NCBI GenBank assembly: GCA_002269645.1
Contig: NIVC01001372.1
Coordinates: forward strand, 186,001-250,000
DNA length: 64,000 bases
Direction: 5' to 3'
Origin: Macrostomum lignano
Taxonomy: Eukaryota
Shown here: positions 36,233 to 62,565 of the stretch, in pieces
Numbering within the stretch: position 1 is the first letter of the stretch
Layout: each line of letters begins with the position of its first letter
Notes under the pieces: model-generated
What the model was told of the DNA's origin: nothing
The model's input: only the letters and a program-made list of their open reading frames with translations
Database searches by the model: none
Program-made: the position numbers and the translations under genes

Positions 36233-36454
36233 GCCTGGCTCCCTTGAGATGAAATGTTTGCCGACATCTGAGCTAAGGCATATATGACTTTATTTATGTA
36301 ACGGGACAGAAAATTAAATAAAAATAACAATTTTTTTCTGTACAACATGGAGGCAAAGCTTCTTTAATGCAAATGTGAGCTTCTGGTGGAAGCTAGAAAA
36401 CACTTTGGAAGATTTTAAATCAACTTTAAATCAACCAAGAATTCGAGAATCTGG

Positions 36455-37395
36455 ATTTCACAATGGTGAGACTATGCAGACAGAGAGTCGGAATGGTGAG
36501 ATTATCAAGGCACAGATTAACAATGTTGAGATTATATTCAGGCAGAGATTCACAATTGTGAGATTATCAAGGCAGAGATTCACAATGGTGAGATTATATC
36601 CAGGCAGATATTCACAATGGTGAGATTATCAAGGCACAGATTAACAATGGTGAGATCATCAGGCACATATTCACAATGGTGAGATTATCAAGGCACAGAT
36701 TCACAATGGTGAGATTATCAAGGCAGAGATTCACAATGGTGAGATTATCAAGGCAGAGATTCACAATGGTGAGATTATCCAGGCACAGATTCACAATGGT
36801 GAGATTATCAAGTCAGAGATTCACAATGGTGAGATTATATCCAGGCAGATATTCACAATGGTGAGATTATCAAGGCACAGATTAACAATGGTGAGATCAT
36901 CAGGCACATATTCACAATGGTGAGATTATCAAGGCACAGATTCACAATGGTGAGATTATCAAGGCAGAGATTCACAATGGTGAGATTATCAAGGCAGAGA
37001 TTCACAATGGTGAGATTATCCAGGCACAGATTCACAATGGTGAGATTATCAAGTCAGAGATTCACAATGGTGAGATTATCCAGGCAGAGATTCACAATGG
37101 TGAGATCATCAAGGCACAGATTCACAATGGTGAGATTATCCAGGCAGAGATTCACAATGGTGAGATTATCCAGGCAGAGATTCACAATGGTGAGATTATC
37201 AAGCAAAGATTCACAATGGTGAGATTATCAAGGCACAGATTCACAATGGTAAGATTATCAAAGCAGAGATTCACAATGGTGAGATAATCAAGGCAGAGAT
37301 TCACAATGGTGAGTTTATCAAGGCACAGATTCACAATGGTGAGATTATCCAGGCACAATATTCATAATGGTGAGATTATCCAGGCAGAGAGTCAG
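36455..37395. repeat. 30-bp minisatellite (TCACAATGGTGAGATTATCAAGGCASAGAT)n with a 241-bp internal duplication
   Basis: Variant block at about 36601 is repeated at about 36842. Confidence 0.95.
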
Positions 37396-37750
37396 AATGA
37401 AAAGATTATTTTTAAATATAAAAACAAAATTCAACTCTCATTTTTTAAATAGAACTACTTTTCAAAAATTAGCAAACAGCATTTTGATGCAAGCATATAT
37501 TATTGTAGCTGTATTGTTATGAGATTGTGCAGATTTGAGTACACCAATTTCTCTCAAAAAAATCTTTACACAGAAGAATTCAAACGCACCAACACCGCTA
37601 AGTAAAGGGTAATTTCTGCAACAAAATTAAATACAAACTCGAATATATGCGACTATGATAGAATAGACTTAGCTCGTAATAATAGTCAATTTAGATTGTA
37701 AATGCAATCATTTTTGTCGCGAACATTATATTGGTCAGATACTACTAATA

Positions 37751-48334
<10,584 letters not shown>

Positions 48335-48363
48335 CTGCGTTGGCGAACAGGGATTTGGGATTG

Positions 48364-49044
<681 letters not shown>

Positions 49045-49809
49045 GTTCTCAGCTACATTCCTCAAGCATATCCCAACATGACTCAATCAAACTAAAAGTA
49101 TTTCTAATTCCTATCAAAGCCTCTCATATGAACAATGGAACTTGAAAAATCATTTTTCATTAAATTTTTCTACTATTATCGGAGGCCACAGTTCTGCTCA
49201 AATGCCAATCAACGTCAGGCTGAGAAGAACTGGCTATGCTGGTCACCAGCTGACAGCACGCAGATCTGCATCGTGACTCAGGCTACATGAGGCTTTCCCT
49301 ACCACAGCAGTTGATGAGCCATCCCTGCCTCACCTGCCCACAGCCAGAAACAGGCATCGTTTTATAACTTTTTTCTAGACAAATTCTATGGTCTGACAGG
49401 GCAATAAATGGGAGAGCAGGTGGGCGGTCCGCCAGGTGCCACTCAGCAACAGGCTAATGGATTTTGACAGCTCCCGGTTAGCTCTACATTCGTAGCACTT
49501 GTAGAAAATTTTCTGCCTAAAATGAAGGCAATTTTGAGCTGGGGAACTTACAATACACACACATATTTGCTAGAGTCAGCAGTCTGCCCAGCCTCGGGTC
49601 TCAGTTGAGTTCACTGTTAATTGGTTCTCTTTTTACTGAATCAGACACTTTAGCTACTAGTGCTGCTGTGTAGGATGAAGGGCTGGGGTAACTCGGGGCT
49701 GCTGGTTCTGTACAGCATCTGTTAATAATTTGTTACCTGACTTTAGGGATAGTATTGGCAACTGTCTGTGAGCCTGCGTATGATAGAGAGAGAGGGGACA
49801 TTAGACTTG

Positions 49810-50295
<486 letters not shown>

Positions 50296-50797
50296 AAACA
50301 GCAAGAGACTGCAGCAGGAGTCAAACAGGTATCGCACAGGGCATATCGCTATGCACAGAGGTGTCAGTCATGTGGCAGTCCCAGGTACAAGGCTGATTAT
50401 CATTCCAGACGCGGTGGCTGTGCGCTGGGAAACAGAAAACAGATAGAGAAGAATCGGTATAGGAAACCTAACGGGCCCAACTGCTGAGGCAAGCCTGTAG
50501 CCCTGTCCCGGCCAATGGGGGTTCAAAGGTATAAGTTGCTACGACAGTTGTCTTTGCCTACAGCCTGACTTGCCAATGCTAACGAGAATTCCAATAAAGC
50601 ATTGACGATGAAAGTTGCTTTGCTTTGTGGGGTGAGACAGGCCAGGGCAGAGGCTTGGGTACAATGGATATATTATTGCTCTGTTATAGCTGACCCTTTC
50701 ACCTGAGGAATTTGTAAAGAAAGAGAAATCAAATGGCTTTGAAAACCCATGCAGATAAAAGTGCAAGAGAAAGAGGGGATGTAAGACAGCTTACGTA

Positions 50798-51928
50798 AGA
50801 CAGATAGATAGAGACAGATAGATAGAGACAGATAGATAGAGACAGACAGATAGAGACAGACAGATAGAGACAGACAGATAGAGACTGACAGATAGACAGA
50901 CAGATAGAGACAGACAGATAGAGACTGACAGATAGAGACAGACAGATAGAGACAGATAGATAGAGACAGATAGATAGAGACAGATAGATAGAGACAGATA
51001 GATAGAGACAGACGGATAGAGACAGATAGATAGAGACAGATAGATATAGACAGATAGATAGAGACAGATAGATAGAGACAGATAGATAGAGACAGACGGA
51101 TAGAGACAGATAGATAGAGACAGATAGATAGAGACAGATAGATAGAGACAGATAGATATAGACAGATAGATAGAGACAGATAGATAGAGACAGATAGATA
51201 GAGACAGATAGATAGAGACAGATAGATATAGACAGATAGATAGAGACAGATAGATATAGACAGATAGATAGAGACAGACGGATAGAGACAGATAGATAGA
51301 GACAGATAGATAGAGACAGATAGATAGAGACAGATAGATATAGACAGATAGATAGAGACAGATAGATAGAGACAGATAGATAGAGACAGATAGATAGAGA
51401 CAGATAGATAGAGACAGACGGATAGAGACAGACGGATAGAGACAGACGGATAGAGACAGATAGATAGAGACAGATAGATAGAGACTGATAGATATAGACA
51501 GATAGATAGAGACAGATAGATAGAGACATATAGATAGAGACAGATAGATAGAGACAGATAGATAGAGACAGACGGATAGAGACAGACGGATAGAGACAGA
51601 CGGATAGAGACAGATAGATAGAGACAGATAGATAGAGACAGATAGATAGAGACAGATAGATATAGACAGATAGATAGAGACAGACGGATAGAGACAGATA
51701 GATAGAGACAGATAGATAGAGACAGATAGATAGAGACAGATAGATATAGACAGATAGATAGAGACAGATAGATAGAGACAGATAGATAGAGACAGATAGA
51801 TAGAGACAGATAGATAGAGACAGACGGATAGAGACAGATAGATAGAGACAGACGGATAGAGACAGATAGATAGAGACAGATAGATAGAGACAGATAGATA
51901 GAGACAGATAGATAGTAGATAGAGACAG
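50798..51928. repeat. 14-bp minisatellite (GATAGAGACAGATA)n
   Basis: Direct reading. Confidence 0.96.
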
Positions 51929-52466
51929 TAAGGTTAAACAATACAAGTATTAATAGATCAGGAAAGGTGACAAGTCAGGACAGATAAGAAAGGACAGGTT
52001 AATTAAGACAAGCGCACAAATTTAACGAATCGCTATACTTAATACAATTAACTGTATATTTTCTATATTTCGGTCATAAAAACTGTTAGTCAGCAACTAA
52101 GAAAGTTCAAATATTTTAGCTAGTTGATTTCTAAGAGCCATAACCCGACCCCCCGGTGCGAAAGCTTTAGCAGGTGGAGACATTGCGAAGACAATTCTAG
52201 CGGAAGCGATGACAGGTGATCAAGCCAGGTCTGGAGCAAGAGTTGAAAAAGAAAGAATAGAAACAGAACCAGTTTGCTTGCAACTCCGGCTTCTGAAACT
52301 TTCCGTTGTTGTTGCTAATCTAAAATGCAGAAGAACTTGCACTCGCGCCACACACACAACTTTTTCGCTCAGCGTTAGCCTGAGGGATTTCTGCCAGCTA
52401 AATCCCCAAAATCCAGGGATAGAAAAACAATAGAAATCAGGGAAATTTTCTAGCAATTATTGAGAA

Positions 52467-52502
<36 letters not shown>

Positions 52503-52897
52503 CTGTAAACATTATTCACAAATTAAACCTTGAGCTCCGCCTTAACACTTTCTATTTCTATTTATTGCTGTAAAATCTGCATGCTTCTGAAGATTTCTTC
52601 AGACAAATTCTTATAGGCTTTTGTGTCCATCGTTGCGTTTTGATTTATTTCACTAAGCAGCAAATGTTCGAGGTAAAAGTGTGATAATCTTCTGTAAGTG
52701 GATTAGGCAAGAGAAAGCATTGATAGGCGGGTGTCAGTTATGCCGAATGCTCGGGGAAAGATTAGCTATGCGCTCGCTTTGGAAGTAGAAAGGAAGAGAA
52801 GTTATGAGATTAGCTGTGTTCGTACAACATAAGCATTTTGAACGTTGTAGTTACTAGTGTTGTACAAGGGGTTTGGTCACACACAATTAGGAAACTG

Positions 52898-53355
52898 CTG
52901 TCCAAGAGGTGACACACACACACACACACACACACACATCTGTCCATGAGGGGACACACATCTGTCCAAGAGGTGACACACACACACACCTGTCCATGAG
53001 GTGACACACACACACTTGTCCATGAGGTGACACACACACACCTGTCCATGAGGTGACACACACACACACCTGTCCATGAGGTGACACACACCTGTCCATG
53101 AGGTGACACACACACACGTGTCCATGAGGTGACACACACACACACCTGTCCATGAGGTGACACACACACACACACCTGTCCATGAGGTGACACACACACA
53201 CACACACCTGTCCATGAGGTGACACACACCTGTCCATGAGGTGACACACACACACACACACACACACACCTGTCCATGAGGTGACACGCACACACACACA
53301 CACCTGTCCATGAGGTGACACACACACACACACACACACACCTGTCCATGAGGTG

Positions 53356-53395
<40 letters not shown>

Positions 53396-53492
53396 GTCCA
53401 TGAGGTGACACACACACACACACACACACACACACCTGTCCATGAGGTGACACACACACACACCTGTCCATGAGGTGACACACACATCTGTC
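52898..53492. repeat. Composite repeat: constant CCTGTCCATGAGGTGA separated by variable (CA)n
   Basis: About 20 units. Confidence 0.93.
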
Positions 53493-54311
53493 TAAGAGCC
53501 GCTAAAAGCTCTCTATTCCAAGCTTCATGCTAAGGGGTAAAAATGTATAAATTAAATGGTTGGCTATTTAAAAAAGCGAAACAATATAGAGAACCATTTG
53601 TCACTAACTACTGCCTTGAATTATGAAAAAGGTATAAAATTTATGCTCCATTACTCTCATTAATTAATCAATCAGTCCATCAGGGGTTCCTTCGCCTTGA
53701 GTATCCAGCTCGATAAACTAAAGGTTTAGGCTATAGGAGACTCCCAACCACCAGCAAGGGTCTCATACCTCAGAGTGCTTCATTACACGTTAACAATAAT
53801 TTTTATACGAGCTATATACGGGCTGTTAAATACAGATTTGGATGAAATATGCGGGCTCGGGGCAAATATAATGAGCAAAATGTTGAGTTGCCCAACTCAT
53901 AAAATCGGGGGTGGGGCAAAAAATCTGCCTCCCCACCTGCACCACCTGGGCGATTTGGTCTGCCTGTCAATCAAATCAAGTGCTGCCACGAGAGAGAGGG
54001 GGAACTCTTGCTGCTTCTACAAGTGGCCAAGGCCCACTGGTACAGTGTGGGTTGGTAAGACTCTCACAGAAATTCGTATTTGGTTGAATATTTTAATTTA
54101 ACATTACACTTCAAATGTACACACATGTACAGGGCCCCTTTGCGATAAATACTTTCGATACATATCGTCATTAATGTTTACACGCGTTCTTTCTAGAAAA
54201 TTCCTATTTTAAACTGTCCAAAGACTTTCTTAAAGTAGCTAAAATATATATATAATTGCAATGGTCTGTGGACACCCTGGTGCAACACCTTCGCCTTAGG
54301 CATGTGCCATC

Positions 54312-54389
54312 CCCTCCGCAGCCAGGAATCGAACCAGGGGACGATGGTGCGAGAGTCAGGCGGGTTCAGCGCTGAGCTGCACTGAAGCT
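54312..54389 (-). pseudogene. tRNA-derived element (degenerate, Glu-like) or SINE head
   Basis: Minus-strand B-box GGTTCGATTCC (54325-54335), GACTCTCGC anticodon-loop-like, tRNA length; imperfect stems. Confidence 0.4.
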
Positions 54390-55774
54390 AATTACAATAT
54401 CGACTTGATCCAATATTATTCCGTCGTTAGCTAGTTTAAAATTCATAAGCCAATCTGCTTAAATTAAGTTTTCCAAATTGATTTTCAATCGGCTTTGGAC
54501 ACAACTTGGCAAAAACGCTGTTACCATGGCGAAGAAACTGGAGAGATTTTGTAGTTTCAAATATCGATCGCTCAGGGTCTTTTTGGGGGGTCGAGGGATG
54601 AAGCTTGGCTTGAAAAGGCGGAGACTGGGGGGGGGACAAGTTGAGGGATCGATTGAGCAAAATTTTGAAACAATACATGAGCTTGAGTTCCCTCCCATAA
54701 TACTCTGTAGACTGGCTAGTGCTTTTGTGTTTAGCAAGCGGCTTAGCTGCTCAGGTGAGCAGTTGTGGTCTCAGCGGTGTTGGAGCAGGCAGTATTCTTT
54801 ATGGCTAAAAGCGATCGATACACGGTAACTATTGGAGAATATGGGGACCATTTCTTCAACTCAACTAGACCCAGCAAACAGCTTCTACTGAGCTGTGCTG
54901 ACATCAGTCTGGTGTTCTCATTCATATATCTATCTCATGTTTAGCTGACTCTGTCTCAACATACATCCTTATCCATACATCTCGGTCTCCTCTAATCTCT
55001 ATCTGTATATGTATATCCAATCTCCATCATAAATCCCCATTTTCTATCTCTACCTCTATCTCTATCTGTATCTCTATCTCTACCTCTATCTCTATCTAAA
55101 CCTCTATTTCTATCTCTAGTCTCTATCTATATCTCTAATCTCTATCTATATCTCTATCTATCGATCTCTATCTCAACGGCTACCTAAATATATTTAATCT
55201 TTATATTTTCTCTGTCTAATCTTGACTCAAAAATCTCAACGAGATGTGAAAATGCGATCTCTGATTTTTCCTCAACTTTTTTCCTTGTCAAGTGGGTTGC
55301 ATGGAGGAAAAAATCTGGTGAGTGCATTTTAGTGAGTTTATCACAAAGACTAATCTAAGGTCAAATTCTACCCAAGTGCGTGAATGTGACCTCACTGACT
55401 CCCGCAGTCAATCCTATGGATGCTCTTCGTGGCGTGTTTTGCAATTTTTTTTCTGGTAGAAAGACAATGAAAAACAAGCCTATTTGATCAGTTCAAAAGT
55501 GAAGATCTGAAAAAAAGACTACTCACATATGTAGACTCTTTCACGTCATGGCCTCAGTGCTTCTTTTGTCTTTTCTGAGTCAAAGTCTCTATCAAAGGAC
55601 ACGTCATACAAATTTCCCAGTGATAATTGAGTTTGTTTCAGTTTGCCTTGCCAGTGGGGAACATATAGGGGAGCACAGCCAAGGTCATAGACTTCTGCAG
55701 GGTAGAGTCTGGACTGAATTGTTTTTAGTCTGTAAACAGCCCTTGGCAGGACATCCTGTCGACAGGACATTTGG

Positions 55775-56200
55775 CACCTAGGACACCCCAGTTTGGAGTT
55801 TAGAACACCCCAGTTTGGAGTTTAGGACACCCCAGATTGGAGCTTAGGACACCCCAGTGTGGAGTTTGGGACACCCCAAGTGTGGAGTTTAGGACACCCC
55901 AGTGTGGAGTTTAGGACACCCCAAGTGTGGAGTTTGGGACACCCCAGTGTGGAGTTGAGGACACCCCAGTGTGGAGTTGAGGACACCCCAGTTTGGAGTT
56001 TGGGACACCCCAGTTTGGATTTTAGGACATCCCAGACCAGATTGGAGCATAGGACACCCAAGATTGGAGATTAGGACACCCCATTTCGGAGCTTAAAACA
56101 CCCTATTTTGGAGCTTAAGACACCCCCATTTTGGAGCTTAAGACACCCCCATTTTGGAGCTTAAGACACCCCTATTTTGGAGCTTAAGACACCCCAGCTT
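55775..56200. repeat. 19/20-bp minisatellite (TGGAGTTTAGGACACCCCAG)n
   Basis: Direct reading. Confidence 0.9.
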
Positions 56201-56919
56201 GAGACTTTTTCGACAGGACTTTCCTTCCAGTCCATAATTAGCATGCACACAGTGTATTCAGCAGTCCATGAACGCACAGATACTTCAGTACAAAATCCAA
56301 TCCCTTAGCCTAATATAAAGACTGCTCAACCTCACTACGCGGGCTGGTAGAACAATGGAGTTCTCATGTCACGGATATGGGATAATTCGGTGTTGAGAGG
56401 TACTTATATATCACCTTCGAAGGACGTATAGCTAATCAGATCATGGGTCTCTAGTCACACCCTTTTTCATCAAACACTGACAACAAACCGCGGCGCACCG
56501 GGCAGTAATAAAGCTGTATACATTAGATGATTGAACGAGTGAGGTAAAAATTCTGACTCACTGGATCGTAACTCACCCGTAGCGTATGTATGCTTTATGC
56601 TATGTAGTTGGGGCGTTTTTTGGGGATGCCGCGATGAACAATCCTTCTCATTGTTCATTCATATCCATTGTTGGCGGCAACTTTTCTGTATAATGCTATG
56701 ACCGAAAAGGTGTAAAAAATATCTTAGAAATTGGCTAGAGACCGATAAAGAACGCATTTTTTGTTATGCTAGATAACACAAAGTGAAACTTTATGAATTT
56801 TTTTAGTTTCTAAAATTGTTATTTATGCAGTTTTAAAGCAAGTCAATGGTCGCCAAAATTATTTAATGGCATATGTTTGCTAACGACAGATAGAGAATCT
56901 GGTGCGTGACTGCGAGACA

Positions 56920-58342
56920 GGCGAGAGAGGAGAGGGGATGGAGAGAGTAGAAAGAGAGAGATGAAAGAGGAAAGAAGAGAGGAGAGAGGAAAAAAAGAGT
57001 AAAGAGAGGAGAGAGAAGAGAGAAGAGAAGAGAGAGGAGAGAGGAGAGAGGAGAGAGGGGGAGAGAGAGGGAGAGAGAGGAGAGCCTCCAATCCCGGGCA
57101 CTGACACGGTAAAAAGACCAGGAACAAAAAGTTTGAATTGTAATAGTTCCCGATATTTCGAAATTATTATATTACTTCATCAGGGCAAGTGAAAAGGGAG
57201 AGAGAGGAGAGAGGAGAGAGGAGAGAGAGGAGAGGAGAGAAGAGAGGAGAGAGGAGAGAAGTGAGGAGAGAAGAGAGAAGAGAGTAGAGAAGAGAGTAGA
57301 GAGGAGAGAAGAGAGGAGAAAAGAGAGAAGAGAAGAGAGAAGAGAGGAGAGAATAGAGAAAAGAGAGTAGAGAAGAGAGGAGAGAGGAGAGAAGAAAATA
57401 GAGAAGAGAGAAGAGAGTAGAGAAGAGAGAAGAGAGGAGAGAAGAGAGGAGAGAGGAGAGAAGAGAGGAGAGAGGAGAGAAGAGAGGAGAGAGGAGAGAA
57501 GAGAGGAGAGAGGAGAGAAGAGGGGAGAGAGGAGAGAAGAGAGGAGAGAAGAGAGGAGAGAGGAGACAAGAGAGGAGAGAGGAGACAAGAGAGGAGAGAG
57601 GAGAGAAAAGAGGAGACAAGAGAGGAGAGAGGAGAGAAGAAAATAGAGAAGAGAGGAGAGAGGAGAGAAGAAAGGAGAGAGGAGAGAAGAAAATAGAGAA
57701 GAGAGAAGAGAGGAGAGAAGAGAGGAGAGAGGAGAGAAGAGAGGAGAGAGGAGAGAAGAAAATAGAGAAGAGAGAAGAGAGTAGAGAAGAGAGAAGAGAG
57801 GAGAGAAGAGAGGAGAGAGGAGAGAAGAGGGGAGAGAGGAGAGAAGAGAGGAGAGAGGAGAGAAGAGGGGAGAGAGGAGAGAAGAGGGGAGAGAGGAGAG
57901 AAGAGAGAAGATAGGAGAGAAGAGAGGAGAGAGGAGAGAAGAAAATAGAGAAGAGAGAAGAGAGTAGAGAAGAGAGAAGAGAGGAGAGAAGAGAGGAGAG
58001 AGGAGAGAAGAGGGGAGAGAAGAGAGAAGAGAGGAGAGAGGAGAGAAGAGGGGAGAGAGGAGAGAAGAGAGGAGAGAAGAGAGAAGAGAGGACAGAAGAG
58101 AGGAGAGAGGAGACAAGAGAGGAGAGAGGAGACAATAGAGGAGAGAGGAGAGAAGAGAGGAGACAAGAGAGGAGTGAGGAGAGGAGAGAGGAGAGGAGAG
58201 AGGAGAGAAGAGAGGAAAGAAGAGAGAAGAGAGGAGAGAAGAGAGGAGAGAGGAGAGAAGAGAGGAGAGAAGAGAAGAGAGAAGAGAGGAGAGAAGAGAG
58301 AATAGAGGACAGAAGAGAGAAGAGAGGAGAGAAGAGAGCTGA
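56920..58342. repeat. GA-rich low-complexity tract (GAGAG/GAGAA)
   Basis: Direct reading; interrupted at about 57080-57195. Confidence 0.93.
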
Positions 58343-58384
58343 GAAAGCCCCGAGCGAGCCGTATTGCTATTCTGAAGTCTCAAT

Positions 58385-58455
58385 GGACCCGAGGGCCGGA
58401 CAGAGGCTTTTGTGGGTCGCATGTGGCCCGCGGGCCGGGAGGTAGTCGAGTTTGC
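58385..58455. mobile_element. Possible hAT-type DNA transposon subterminal remnant
   Basis: gtcgcatgtggcccgcgggccg resembles, from memory, the GGCCCGCGGGCC subterminal motif of hAT/Charlie-like elements; no partner end found. Confidence 0.25.
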
Positions 58456-58864
58456 TTTCATTTGCAGTGATCCAAAGGTCCCTGAAATACATTAGCAGCG
58501 TGTTCGCCCCTGGATCCCCTAGGCCTAGATCAACATCACACAGTCATACGGAATATAACAAAGCCAAGATAGCAGGCGAAAAAGCCATATGAAGATGAAG
58601 TGTCAACTAACCCAGTTCCTGGGTCACAGCGGATCATCATTGTTCTCACCTGTCATGCATTATTTACACGCAGTAATCTTATATCATCATTTATTTGCGA
58701 CAATCGTATTGTATGCATAGCAAAGTGCGATATGCATATGATATCCTTTATCTACACGAGATATTAATAATGTGGCGGTAGAATCTATAGAATCAATGAG
58801 GATATACTTATAGAGCTTGAGTGCAGGACCAATTTCTTTAAAAATTACATTAAAGAGTTTGCAC

Positions 58865-59435
58865 CGCGCCACAAATTAGATTGGCGCCACACAGATTAGA
58901 TTGGCGCCACACAGATTAGTTTGGCGCCACACAGATTAGTTTGGCGCCACACAAATTAGATAGGCGCCACACAAAAAATAGATTGGCGCCATACAAGTTA
59001 GATAGGCGCCACATAAATTAGACTGGCACCACAGAAATTAGATTGGCGCCACACGGATTAGATTGGCGCCCCACAAATTAGACTGGCACCACACAAATTA
59101 GATTGGCACCACACAAATTAGATTGGCGCCACACAAAAATTAGATTGGCGCCATAAAAGTTAGATTGGCGCCATACAAACTAGATTGGCACCACACAAAA
59201 ATTAGATTGGCGCCATACAAGTTAGATTGGCGCCATACAAATTAGATAGGCGCCACACAGATAAGTTTGGCACCACATAAATTAGATAGGCACCACACAG
59301 ATTAGATTGGCACCACACAAACTAGATAGGCGCCACACAAATTAGACTGGCACCACATAGATTAGATTGGCGCCACACAGAAATGATTGGCGCCACACAA
59401 ATTAGATTGGCGCCACAAAAGTTGGATAGGCGCCC
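58865..59435. repeat. 20-bp minisatellite (GGCGCCACACAAATTAGATT)n
   Basis: About 27 copies. Confidence 0.93.
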
Positions 59436-59971
59436 CCTCTGGGTAAAAGCTATGTTTAGCTAAGCAGGGGCAGCTATTCAGAATCACAGAAAAGTTGGCT
59501 TCCACTCAGAGGCATGATGAGTAAGCGGCAAAAAAGCACACAACTAACATGCGCACCCATAAAATACATGCAGTTGGCTGGTTGCTTAGGAAAGCGCGAT
59601 TGTAAATCACTTCCGTTATTTGACTTTCTGCTCCACAGCTACAACATATTCAACTCTCATCATTGAGCTGTACTCAGCGCTGTGCTCATTTTCCACTTTT
59701 TCTTTCTTCTATCCATTTTGGTTTTCTGATTAATTTCTGTGCCCAATTCTTTAAGTTGCACAATATGAAGGACATCTGTGTACCTGTGTGCGATTTATAA
59801 TAATGTAATGAAGAACTGTAGGAAGAGAAAGAGGATTATAGATTAGTTGGGGGAATGGGGAATAAAATAATTAAGAAGTGGGAGCAGAGCGAGAGTAGTG
59901 GCAGGAACTATTAGAGTTCTACGTACTTTTTCAAATGTATTTGCTGCAACAAACACTAAATCTAGAAATTT

Positions 59972-62565
59972 CTACCTAAACTTCACAAACCCTATTACCT
60001 AAACTTCACAAACCCTATTACCTAAACTTCACAAACCCTATTACCTAAACTTTACAAACCCTATTACCTAAACTTCACAAACCCTATTGCCTAAACTTCA
60101 CAAACCCTATTACCTAAACTTTACAAACCCTATTACCTAAACTTCACAAACCAAATTACCTAGACTTTACAAACTCTATTACCTAAACTTTACAAACCCT
60201 ATTACCTAAACTTCACAAACCCTATTACCTAAACTTCACAAACCCTATTACCTAAACTTCACAAACACTATTACCTAAACTTTACAAACCCTATTACCTA
60301 AACTTCTCAAACCCTATTACCTAAACTTTACAAACCCTATTACCTAAACTTCACAAACCAAATTACCTAGACTTTACAAACTCTATTACCTAAACTTCAC
60401 AAACCAAATTACCTAGACTTTACAAACTCTATTACCTAAACTTCACAAACCAAATTACCTAGACTTTACAAACTCTATTACCTAAACTTCACAAACCAAA
60501 TTACCTAGACTTTACAAACTCTATTACCTAAACTTCACAAACCCTATTACCTAAACTTTACAAACCCTATTACCTAAACTTCACAAACCAAATTACCTAG
60601 ACTTTACAAACTCTATTACCTAAACTTCACAAACCAAATTACCTAGACTTTACAAACTCTATTACCTAAACTTCACAAACCAAATTACCTAGACTTTACA
60701 AACTCTATTACCTAAACTTCACAAACCCTATTACCTAAACTTCACAAACCCTATTACCTAAACTTTACAAACCCTATTACCTAAACTTTACAAACCCCAT
60801 TACCTAAACTTCACAAACCCTATTACCTAAACTTCACAAACCCTATTACCTAAACTTTACAAACCCTATTACCTAAACTTCACAAACCAAATTACCTAGA
60901 CTTTACAAACTCTATTACCTAAACTTCACAAACCAAATTACCTAGACTTTACAAACTCTATTACCTAAACTTCACAAACCAAATTACCTAGACTTTACAA
61001 ACTCTATTACCTAAACTTCACAAACCAAATTACCTAGACTTTACAAACTCTATTACCTAAACTTCACAAACCAAATTACCTAGACTTTACAAACTCTATT
61101 ACCTAAACTTCACAAACCCTATTACCTAAACTTCACAAACCCTATTACCTAAACTTTACAAACCCTATTACCTAAACTTTACAAACCCTATTACCTAAAC
61201 TTCACAAACCCTATTACCTAAACTTCACAAACCCTATTACCTAAACTTCACAAACCCTATTACCTAAACTTCACAAACCCTATTACCTAAACTTCACAAA
61301 ACCTATTACCTAAACTTCACAAACCCTATTACCTAAACTTCACAAACCCTATTACCTAAACTTCACAAACCTTATTACCTAAACTTCACAAACCCTATTA
61401 CCTAAACTTCACAAACCCTATTACCTAAACTTCACAAACCCTATTGCCTAAACTTCACAAACCCTATTACCTAAACTTCACAAACCCTATTACCTAAACT
61501 TCACAAACCCTATTACCTAAACTTCACAAACCCTATTACCTAAACTTCACAAACCCTATTACCTAAACTTCACAAACCCTATTACCTAAACTTCACAAAC
61601 CCTATTACCTAAACTTCACAAACCCTATTGCCTAAACTTCACAAACCCTATTACCTAAACTTCACAAACCCTATTACCTAAACTTTACAAACCCCATTAC
61701 CTAAACTTTACAAACCCTATTACCTAAACTTCACAAACCCTACTACCTAAACTTCACAAACCCTATTACCTAAACTTCACAAACCCTATTACCTAAACTT
61801 CACAAACCCTATTGCCTAAACTTCACAAACTCTATTACCTAAACTTCACAAACCCTATTACCTAGACTTTACAAACTCTATTACCTAAACTTCACAAACC
61901 AAATTACCTAGACTTTACAAACTCTATTACCTAAACTTCACAAACCCTATTACCTAAACTTTACAAACCCTATTACCTAAACTTCACAAACCAAATTACC
62001 TAGACTTTACAAACTCTATTACCTAAACTTCACAAACCAAATTACCTAGACTTTACAAACTCTATTACCTAAACTTCACAAACCAAATTACCTAGACTTT
62101 ACAAACTCTATTACCTAAACTTCACAAACCCTATTACCTAAACTTCACAAACCCTATTACCTAAACTTCACAAACCCTATTACCTAAACTTCACAAACCC
62201 TATTACCTAAACTTCACAAACCCTATTACCTAAACTTCACAAACCCTATTACCTAAACTTCACAAACCCTATTACCTAAACTTCACAAACCCTATTACCT
62301 AAACTTCACAAACCCTATTACCTAAACTTCACAAACCCTATTGCCTAAACTTCACAAACCCTATTACCTAAACTTCACAAACCCTATTGCCTAAACTTCA
62401 CAAACCCTATTACCTAAACTTCACAAACCCTATTACCTAAACTTCACAAACCCCATTACCTAAACTTCACAAACCCTATTACCTAAACTTCACAAACCCT
62501 ATTACCTAAACTTCACAAACCCCATTACCTAAACTTCACAAACCCTATTACCTAAACTTCACAAC
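59972..62565. repeat. 23-bp minisatellite (CCTAAACTTCACAAACCCTATTA)n with 46-bp dimeric higher-order blocks
   Basis: About 110 copies. Confidence 0.97.

Noticed and set aside
31769-36287. E/R/G-rich and S/P/L-rich ORFs, and the similar ones at 17563-18364, 22125-24044, 40372-41319 and 57167-58461
   Set aside because: Purine/pyrimidine low-complexity tracts with no splice or domain support.
49737-49773. Possible 37-nt micro-exon of gene B (good polypyrimidine acceptor, AG|GTAAC donor)
   Set aside because: No recognisable Ig or signal-peptide content in any frame, and its phases cannot be tied to a partner exon.
52898-53492. CRISPR-like repeat-spacer appearance
   Set aside because: The spacers are only (CA)n runs, the context is eukaryotic, and no cas genes are present.
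54715-54760. Plus-strand hydrophobic stretch (WLVLLCLASGLAAQ) ending at a GTGAG donor
   Set aside because: No in-frame ATG, wrong strand for gene B, and no partner exons found.
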